The translations under genes were made by a program, and so were the position numbers. Below are positions 6,909 through 13,478 of a stretch of 13,478 bases of DNA, in pieces. The DNA lies in the NCBI GenBank assembly GCA_046759165.1, contig JBHIBS010000038.1, positions 1 to 13,478 on the forward strand. Direction: 5' to 3'. The first letter of the stretch is position 1; the number at the start of each line of letters is the position of its first letter. The notes under the pieces are model-generated. The model was not told the DNA's origin and did not search any database. It saw nothing but the letters and a program-made list of their open reading frames with translations. Source of the DNA: a bacterium (lineage in GTDB: Bacteria; UBA6262; WVXT01).

Positions 6909-6958
6909 TTGAAATTGTAACTTATATAGGTTACAATTGTAATACGAAAGGGTTACAA
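6909..6958 (+). promoter_or_regulatory. Sigma70 promoter overlapped by two abutting palindromic operators
   Basis: TTGAAA (6909-6914), 17 nt, TACAAT (6932-6937). Operators TTGTAA-N10-TTACAA at 6915-6936 and 6937-6958, ending 4 nt before ATG 6963. Confidence 0.82.
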
Positions 6959-6962
6959 AATT

Positions 6963-7535
6963 ATGGACATTTCTAGCATATTTAAATCGAAAACGCGCAA
7001 GGCATTATTTAAGCTTTATTTTACCAATCCTGAAAGCGAGTATTATCTCAGAGAATTAGAACGTCTTCTTGACATCCCGGTTAGTATGATTAGAAAAGAA
7101 CTACTTAGTTTGGAAGAAGCCGGTATTTTTGAGTATAGAAAAAAAGGCAATCTTGTCTATTTTTATCTCAATAAATCCTTTCCTTTATTTGATGAACTGA
7201 AGAGTATTGTATTTAAAACTATAGGCATAAGCGGAGCATTAAAGGAGGGATTATCTAAATTAAAAGGAATAGAGGTTGCTTTTATATATGGTTCTTTCGC
7301 TAAAGGTGAGGAATATTCAGATAGTGACATAGATCTTTGTATAATCGGTGAACCGTCTGAAACAGATTTGATAAGCATAATCCGCGAATTAGAGGAAACC
7401 ATCCGGCGGGAAATAAATTATACTGTCTATGACAGAAATGACTTTAATAAACGAAAAAGGCAAAAGGGGTCATTTATCAATAACCTTTTAAAAGAAAATA
7501 AGATTTTCTTAATAGGCTCAGAAGATGGATTATAA
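6963..7535 (+). CDS. ArsR-like HTH fused to minimal nucleotidyltransferase (MNT); putative antitoxin
   Basis: N-terminal wHTH (YYLRELERLLDIPVSMIRKELLSLEEAGI) and exact GS-x10-DxD motif (GSFAKGEEYSDSDID). Overlaps the downstream HEPN gene by 11 nt. Confidence 0.88.
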   Translation: MDISSIFKSKTRKALFKLYFTNPESEYYLRELERLLDIPVSMIRKELLSLEEAGIFEYRKKGNLVYFYLNKSFPLFDELKSIVFKTIGISGALKEGLSKLKGIEVAFIYGSFAKGEEYSDSDIDLCIIGEPSETDLISIIRELEETIRREINYTVYDRNDFNKRKRQKGSFINNLLKENKIFLIGSEDGL

Positions 7536-7986
7536 AACATTCGTTAATAAGTTATTGGAAGATAGGCTAATTAAAAAACAGAGGGTTGGGTTTATACAAA
7601 TTGAGAAAATATTAATCCGGGCAAAGAAAGATCTCAATACTGCTAAAGTTATAATAGAAACAGATGGAGCAATAGCTTATACGGCCGCTTATGATGCAAT
7701 GTTACGGGCAGGACGTGCTTTCATGTTTATGAAGGGCTTTCGGCCATCTGAAAGATATCAGCATAAAACAGTTGTAGATTTTATGAGCTTTTCCTTTGGA
7801 ACCAGATATAAGAGCCTAATGGAACTGTTTGATACAATGCGAAAGAAGAGAAATAGATTTTTATACGAAGCAATAGATATATCACAGCTTGAAGCCAAAA
7901 ATGCCATAAAGTATGCCCAGGAATTATTAAATCTGATTACCCAAACAGTTAAAAAGGAAAATCCACAGAAGGAATTTAGGTTTTGA
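7525..7986 (+). CDS. HEPN domain protein; putative toxin partner of the MNT
   Basis: All-helical pattern RAKKDLNTA...AYTAAYDAMLRAGRAFM...HKTV...RKKRNRFLYE...EAKNAIKYAQEL; coupled to the MNT gene. Confidence 0.8.
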   Translation: MDYKTFVNKLLEDRLIKKQRVGFIQIEKILIRAKKDLNTAKVIIETDGAIAYTAAYDAMLRAGRAFMFMKGFRPSERYQHKTVVDFMSFSFGTRYKSLMELFDTMRKKRNRFLYEAIDISQLEAKNAIKYAQELLNLITQTVKKENPQKEFRF

Positions 7987-8081
7987 AATTCATAATTCAA
8001 AAAATATAAGATAAAAAATGAAGTATTTAAATTACCCGTATAGAGAGGAAGTTAAAGAAAACTCAGAATGTCAAAAGAAGA

Positions 8082-9128
8082 ATGGTTAAGACAAAGATAA
8101 TCTGTACAATTGGACCTTCGAGCGGCAATGTAACGGTATTGAGAAATATGATGCTTGCTGGTATGGATGTAGCCAGGCTTAATTTTTCATATCGAAGCCA
8201 TATCAGCCATAAATATCATATAAATTTGATTAGAGAGTTAAATAAAAAATATAGACGCCATATTGAAATATTACAGGATCTGGAAGGTTATCGCATAAGA
8301 GTTGGCAAGTTCAAACATAAAAAGAGTATCCAACTGAAAAAGGGACAACAGGTTCTTCTGACTAATCGCGATGTATTGGGAGAAAAAAATATAATACCAT
8401 TTGATTATGAAGGCTCCTTAAATGATATAAAGCCAGGGACTGACATTTACATAGATGACGGCAATATTGCTCTTATTATCAAATCAAGGACAAAGAAATA
8501 TCTCAAGACAGAGGTGATTATTCCTGGCTTTTTGAAAGAGAATAAAGGAATTAATATGCCCAATGTAGCCTTACGATTCAAAGGATTAACTGATAAAGAT
8601 AGAATCGATATCCAGTTCGGTATAAAAAATAGAGTAGATTATATCGCACAATCTTTTGTAAGAAATAAGAACGATATTATTCAAATAAGAGATTTAGTCG
8701 AACGCAAGCTCCCCAATTGCAAGATAGTTGCCAAAATTGAAAACCTGCAAGGTATTAAGAATATCGATGAGATAATAGATGTCTCAGATGGAATTATGAT
8801 AGCGCGGGGAGATATGGGAATATCAATTCCAATATACGAAATCCCTGTTGTCCAGAAACTGATAATCAAGAAATGCAATCAGGCAAAGAAGTTCGTCATC
8901 ACCGCTACACAAATGCTCGAAAGTATGGTAGAAAATTTAAGGCCCACAAGAGCCGAGACTACAGATGTTGCCAACGCAGTGTTAGATGGTTCTGATTTCG
9001 TTATGCTTTCAGCAGAAACCGCTATAGGTCAACATCCCGTTGAAACAGTAAAGATGATGAACCAGATACTGAAATTTACCGAAACATCATTTAACAAAAA
9101 TGGCTCCGTTAGCAAAGACATGTTCTAA
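8082..9128 (+). CDS. pyk: Pyruvate kinase, short form (A and B domains, no C-terminal regulatory domain)
   Basis: [80 protein letters not shown]. Ends at 348 aa. Confidence 0.93.
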   Translation: MVKTKIICTIGPSSGNVTVLRNMMLAGMDVARLNFSYRSHISHKYHINLIRELNKKYRRHIEILQDLEGYRIRVGKFKHKKSIQLKKGQQVLLTNRDVLGEKNIIPFDYEGSLNDIKPGTDIYIDDGNIALIIKSRTKKYLKTEVIIPGFLKENKGINMPNVALRFKGLTDKDRIDIQFGIKNRVDYIAQSFVRNKNDIIQIRDLVERKLPNCKIVAKIENLQGIKNIDEIIDVSDGIMIARGDMGISIPIYEIPVVQKLIIKKCNQAKKFVITATQMLESMVENLRPTRAETTDVANAVLDGSDFVMLSAETAIGQHPVETVKMMNQILKFTETSFNKNGSVSKDMF

Positions 9129-10830
9129 ACCAGGAAAGCTTCCTGGTGCAAAAATACGGAAGAAAGAGAAAAGAATTGCTTATTTTTCTATGGAGATAGG
9201 TATTGATTCTAAAATTCCTACCTATAGTGGTGGTTTGGGAATTTTAGCTGGGGATACAATCAAAGCATGTGCTGACTTAAATGTTCCTCTGGTCGCAGTC
9301 ACCCTGTTGTATAAAAAAGGACACTTTTATCAAAAGCTGGATAACCAGGGCCAGCAAAAGGAGTTACCGTACGAATGGAATCCCAAGGATTTCTTGACAC
9401 TCTTACCAAAAAAAGTAAGTGTTACTATAGAAAATAGAGTCGTGTTTATCCAGGCATGGCAGTACCGAGCAACTGGTGGAAGTGGTTATTGCGTGCCCAT
9501 CATTTTTTTAGATGCAGATATTGCACCAAATAGTGACTATGACCGGACTCTTACTGATTATCTGTATGGCGGAGATGAAAAGTATAGGCTCGCTCAGGAG
9601 ATTATCTTGGGTATTGGCGGTGTAAGGATGCTTAAAGAATTAGGATATCATCGGATTAGTCGGTATCATATGAATGAAGGACACGCAAGCTTGTTGACAC
9701 TTGAACTCTTAAATGAAAGAAAAAGAAATCGTGAACCAATATGGGATATTGATAGGGTAAGAAGGATGTGTGTGTTTACCACACATACACCTGTTCCAGA
9801 AGGACACGATCAATTTTCTTATGATTTGGTCAGGCAAGTTGTTGGCAAATCTATGCCCATTGATCTTTTAAAAAGTATTGGAGGGGAAGATAGGTTAAAT
9901 ATGACGCTTCTTGCATTGAATTTGAGCCATTATGTAAATGGTGTCGCTAAGGAACATGGCAAAGTTTCCCAGGAGATGTTTCCCGGCTATCGTATTGATT
10001 CTATCACCAATGGGACCCATTCGCCCACATGGGTTTGTGAAAGTCTTAAAAGGCTATACGATAAGTATATTCCGGGTTGGATGAAGGACCCGTTTACTCT
10101 TCGGTATGCCTTAAGTATTCCAAAAGAGGAAATATGGAGTGCTCATCAGGAGGCAAAAAAGAAACTTTTAGACTATGTTAATGAAAAGACGAATGTAGGT
10201 ATGGACTATGGCACACTTACGATTGGGTTTGCACGAAGGGCTACTGCATATAAGAGGGCCGATTTAGTTTTTTTTGATACGAACAGGTTAGTTAACATTT
10301 CAGAAAATGCGGGTAAGATTCAGCTGGTTTTTGCTGGTAAGGCGCACCCCAGAGATTGGCCCGGAAAAGAACTGATAAAAAGAATTGTTTCTGTATCAAA
10401 AGAACTAAAAAATAATATTAAAATAGTTTATCTCGAAAATTACAATATGGAACTGGGTAAGATGCTTGTTTCCGGAGTTGATCTATGGCTTAATACTCCA
10501 AGAAAACCGCAAGAAGCTTCAGGAACCTCTGGCATGAAAGCAGCGCACAACGGTGTTCCGAGTTTCAGCATTTTGGATGGATGGTGGATTGAAGGTTGTA
10601 TTGAAGGTCTTACTGGATGGTCAATTGGTTCAGCTTCAGATACAGAAAGCGCCGAGGAAGGAAATGCTCAGTGTCTCTATGAGAAGTTAGAAAAAGTAAT
10701 TATTCCTCTGTTTTATAACAACCGTCAGAAATGGATTGATATTATGCGCCACTCAATCGCTATCAATGCCTCTTTTTTCAATACCCATCGAATGGTGCAG
10801 CAGTATGTTTTAAATGCGTATTCATACTAA
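9100..10830 (+). CDS. glgP: Alpha-glucan (glycogen/maltodextrin) phosphorylase, compact form; start uncertain
   Basis: [71 protein letters not shown]-Lys motif [21 protein letters not shown]. Confidence 0.95.
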   Translation: MAPLAKTCSKPGKLPGAKIRKKEKRIAYFSMEIGIDSKIPTYSGGLGILAGDTIKACADLNVPLVAVTLLYKKGHFYQKLDNQGQQKELPYEWNPKDFLTLLPKKVSVTIENRVVFIQAWQYRATGGSGYCVPIIFLDADIAPNSDYDRTLTDYLYGGDEKYRLAQEIILGIGGVRMLKELGYHRISRYHMNEGHASLLTLELLNERKRNREPIWDIDRVRRMCVFTTHTPVPEGHDQFSYDLVRQVVGKSMPIDLLKSIGGEDRLNMTLLALNLSHYVNGVAKEHGKVSQEMFPGYRIDSITNGTHSPTWVCESLKRLYDKYIPGWMKDPFTLRYALSIPKEEIWSAHQEAKKKLLDYVNEKTNVGMDYGTLTIGFARRATAYKRADLVFFDTNRLVNISENAGKIQLVFAGKAHPRDWPGKELIKRIVSVSKELKNNIKIVYLENYNMELGKMLVSGVDLWLNTPRKPQEASGTSGMKAAHNGVPSFSILDGWWIEGCIEGLTGWSIGSASDTESAEEGNAQCLYEKLEKVIIPLFYNNRQKWIDIMRHSIAINASFFNTHRMVQQYVLNAYSY

Positions 10831-10840
10831 GGAGAAAAGA

Positions 10841-11629
10841 ATGAAAATTATTCGCTATCTACTGGTGGCAGCATCTTTGCTTATAGCTATATCTGGATGT
10901 TCACGTGTGCAAGAAAACAAAGATGTCCTATTTCAAGCGTCAACCATGAATGCTATTTTAGAAAGCGTCTACGATGGAGAAATAACCTATAAAGAGTTGA
11001 AGCAGCATGGTGACTTTGGGATAGGTACTTTTAATGGCCTTGACGGAGAATTGTTTGCATTGGAAGGCGATTTCTATCAAATAAAAGCAGATGGAATGGC
11101 ATATCCTGTTGATGATTCGATGAAGACACCATTTGCTGTAGTAACTTTCTTCGAACCTGATAAATCAGTATTGTTAGATGAGGCTTCTGACTATAAGGAA
11201 TTGCAACAATATTTAGACAATTTATTGCCCACAAAAGACATTTTCTATGCTATCAAAATAGAAGGGGCTTTCAAATATATCAAGGCAAGAAATATTCCCA
11301 AGCAGAATAAACCATATCCTCAGTTTGCTGAAGTGGTCAAAAATCAGTTAATATTTGAATTTCATAATGTAGAAGGGACTATAGTAGGATTTCGCTGCCC
11401 GGCTTATATAGAAGGAATCAATGTTCCAGGATATCACTTTCATTTTATCACTAAAGATAAAAAGACGGGAGGACACTTACTTGAGTGCCAGATGCAAAAT
11501 GCAAAAATTGAAATCGATTATACTTCCGAATTTCATATGGTATTGCCAGAAGGTGGCCAAAGGACGGAAGGACTAAAAAGGAAGAAATTACAATCTTTGA
11601 TTCCACAGGCCTTGCCATCCAGGACATAG
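10841..11629 (+). CDS. budA: Alpha-acetolactate decarboxylase with lipoprotein signal peptide; C-terminal tail appears replaced
   Basis: GDFGIGTFNGLDGE, TPFAVVT, zinc ligands GYHFHFI...GGHLL. Start set at ATG 10841 (SD AAGGAG 10829-10834). Signal MKIIRYLLVAASLLIAISG-C. Confidence 0.88.
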   Translation: MKIIRYLLVAASLLIAISGCSRVQENKDVLFQASTMNAILESVYDGEITYKELKQHGDFGIGTFNGLDGELFALEGDFYQIKADGMAYPVDDSMKTPFAVVTFFEPDKSVLLDEASDYKELQQYLDNLLPTKDIFYAIKIEGAFKYIKARNIPKQNKPYPQFAEVVKNQLIFEFHNVEGTIVGFRCPAYIEGINVPGYHFHFITKDKKTGGHLLECQMQNAKIEIDYTSEFHMVLPEGGQRTEGLKRKKLQSLIPQALPSRT

Positions 11630-11703
11630 CCATAGCCATAGCAAACATCATATACAGAAAAGCCATAAAATCCAAAAAAGCCAAATACATAACCTTTATG
11701 TGA
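11560..11703 (+). pseudogene. 3' remnant of an ornithine cyclodeaminase/mu-crystallin-family (archaeal-type alanine dehydrogenase-like) gene
   Basis: Hand translation in a frame different from budA gives KDGRTKKEEITIFDSTGLAIQDIAIAIANIIYRKAIKSKKAKYITFM*. GR...EITIFDSTGLAIQD is the family's C-terminal signature. There is no start codon, and an in-frame TGA lies at 11509. Confidence 0.85.
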
Positions 11704-11783
11704 GCAAAAACAAAAATGCCAACCCGAAAATTTGAAAAGAGTTATGAAAAATCGTTCGCGAAACTCTATATCCAAACTTTCGG

Positions 11784-13478
11784 ATGACCGAACGAACGGA
11801 TGAAAATATGATAATAGATCAGGGTAGTGATAAACAGGCATTGGGACAATTTTTTACTCCGATCGAAGTTGTTTCTTTCATTTATGATGTGCTAAAGGTT
11901 ATGCTAAGCAGAGATGAGAAATGGACTCGAGGGAAATATCCTTCTATTATTGATCCTGCTTGTGGGGAAGGTGTTTTTCTCAAGATCGCTCTGGATAAAG
12001 AAATTACTCGTCCCAAGTATGTTTTCGGGATAGACATTGATGAGCAAGCGAAACAGAAATGGGAAAAAATAAATTTATTAAAGTCGTTTGGCTCGAAAGC
12101 AAAACTCGATGTCCATTTCTTCCATCAAAATGGACTTTTTCCATTACCTCAAAAACGACTTAGGTACAAAAAAGGAGGATTAGATGAGTATGATTTGACG
12201 GTTGGTAATCCTCCTTATGGTGGGGTAGGGTTGCAAGAAATTACCCCTGAACTTCAGGCTGCATTACTGAAATATGACATCTGGAGAAGAGCGTTAAAGG
12301 AGAACAGAAACAGTAATGGGTTTCTACCTTTTGACAAACTACCTGAGAATTTAAGCAAGAAACAGGAAGAAAGGCTGAAAACACTCCCTATTGAAATATT
12401 ATTTGTAGAGCGTTTTGTCCAACTTACTAAATCTGGGGGATATATTGGGATTATTATCCCGGACGGGGTGTTAGCCAATGTTGAGCTACAATATGTCCGA
12501 AATTGGCTCTTTGAAAAAACCAAAGTTAAAGCAATAATAAGTCTTCCTCGGGAGACTTTCAAATCTGTTGGAACCACCGCTAAAACAAGTATTTTATTTT
12601 TACAAAAATTAGACGAAGGGGAAAAACCTCTTCCCAAGCAGGAAATCTTTATGGCTTCTGCTGAGTACGTTGGAGTAAATAATAGTGGCAAAAATGATTT
12701 ACCAGTAATTTTACAGGAATTTCAGAAGTTTATTCACGGGAAAGAAATCAAGGAGGTTCATATGTCACCCCATTTCACTACCATTGTAGAAGGTACTAAA
12801 GATACCCTTCATCGTATCGATGCCGATTATTGGAATCCAAAATATGAAAAGCTATTTAGAGAGATGGAAAAGAATTGGAAAGTTAAGTCGTTAGGCTCGC
12901 TTGTTTCTAAAGATGCTTTAATAATGGGCGATCATGTTAGAAAATCAAGAGGAGAATACCTTGGTCCAGACTTTAATTATAAGTATTATGATGCTGTAGG
13001 ATTTTTAGAGACGGGCTATGATTATTCTGACATTGAGACGTGTTGTAGAAAAGCATATGAACGATTAAAACGGACAGAAGTTGAGAAACATGACATTTTA
13101 ATAGCATGTTCTGGAGTCGGAGCAGTGGGACGTGTATGCTTGATTCATTTTGAACCTGGAAAATCCTGTACCGGAGCTGTGTTTATCTTGAGAATAGTGA
13201 ACCCTAACCCCTATTTTTTGACGGTTTTTCTAAAAACAAAATACGGGATGTCCCAAATTGAAAGGCCCAAAGTAGGCGTAGGGACAGTTAATATTACGGG
13301 TTCAGATGTTTTTTCATTTCGAATCCCTATTTTTCCAGACTCTATTCAGCAAAGAATTGAAATTGAATATAAAAGAATGTTAAAATACCATGATTTGGCA
13401 ATAAAAGCAAAAGTAAAAGGTATAAAAAAGGAAAAAAGCCCTAAAAAAGCCGAGCAGGATACAGAATATCAGAAGAAT
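11784..13478 (+). CDS. N6-adenine DNA methyltransferase fused to HsdS-like target-recognition domain (partial, runs off window end)
   Basis: Hand-translated open frame of 565 codons from ATG 11784 (alternative ATG 11808). Motifs GQFFTP, motif I IIDPACGEGVFL, GIDID, motif IV VGNPPY (NPPY 12207-12218), FVERFVQL..GGYIGIIIPDGVL, ISLPRETF..GTTAKTSILFL. Then S-like RIDADYWNPKY, DILIACSGVGAVGR, PYFLTVFL, RIPI...QQRI. Confidence 0.9.
   Translation, partial: MTERTDENMIIDQGSDKQALGQFFTPIEVVSFIYDVLKVMLSRDEKWTRGKYPSIIDPACGEGVFLKIALDKEITRPKYVFGIDIDEQAKQKWEKINLLKSFGSKAKLDVHFFHQNGLFPLPQKRLRYKKGGLDEYDLTVGNPPYGGVGLQEITPELQAALLKYDIWRRALKENRNSNGFLPFDKLPENLSKKQEERLKTLPIEILFVERFVQLTKSGGYIGIIIPDGVLANVELQYVRNWLFEKTKVKAIISLPRETFKSVGTTAKTSILFLQKLDEGEKPLPKQEIFMASAEYVGVNNSGKNDLPVILQEFQKFIHGKEIKEVHMSPHFTTIVEGTKDTLHRIDADYWNPKYEKLFREMEKNWKVKSLGSLVSKDALIMGDHVRKSRGEYLGPDFNYKYYDAVGFLETGYDYSDIETCCRKAYERLKRTEVEKHDILIACSGVGAVGRVCLIHFEPGKSCTGAVFILRIVNPNPYFLTVFLKTKYGMSQIERPKVGVGTVNITGSDVFSFRIPIFPDSIQQRIEIEYKRMLKYHDLAIKAKVKGIKKEKSPKKAEQDTEYQKN

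Noticed and set aside
8018..8089. 23-codon ORF overlapping the pyk start
   Set aside because: No SD or recognisable motif. It might be a gene remnant, but this cannot be supported from the sequence.
11451..11841. Minus-strand ORFs with MAMAM / GYGY low-complexity sequence
   Set aside because: Explained as the antisense reading of the OCD-family remnant and its CATAGC repeat.
12254..12691. 145-aa minus-strand ORF
   Set aside because: Antisense shadow of the methyltransferase, whose + frame is open and motif-rich. The same applies to 4071-4370, 7163-7402, 7758-8000, 8681-8878 and 11031-11234 over their host genes.

Overview
Bacterial chromosomal window with every credible gene on the + strand. 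Bases 1-3841 hold the distal part of a probable cobalamin uptake/salvage locus: a BtuD/FepC-type ABC ATPase with a long C-terminal extension, a BtuR/CobO adenosyltransferase and a BtuB-like TonB-dependent receptor. The intergenic DNA here carries REP-like palindromes. Next come a sigma70-like promoter, an unexplained ~91-nt multi-branched stem-loop and a dksA/traR-family gene with a terminator. From ~4500 there is a visibly more AT-rich, accessory-looking region: a MerR-type HTH gene, a tightly packed run of nth, stand-alone LigD phosphoesterase, SEC-C protein and DUF6429-like gene, and an HTH-MNT/HEPN toxin-antitoxin-like pair with a clear tandem operator. A carbohydrate cluster follows (short pyruvate kinase, alpha-glucan phosphorylase, lipoprotein acetolactate decarboxylase) with several signs of decay, including an out-of-frame remnant of an ornithine cyclodeaminase/alanine dehydrogenase gene. 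The window ends inside an ORF missing from the supplied track: an N6-adenine DNA methyltransferase fused to an HsdS-like domain, with an in-frame SD+ATG at the domain junction. All calls come from reading motifs by eye; no searches were run.
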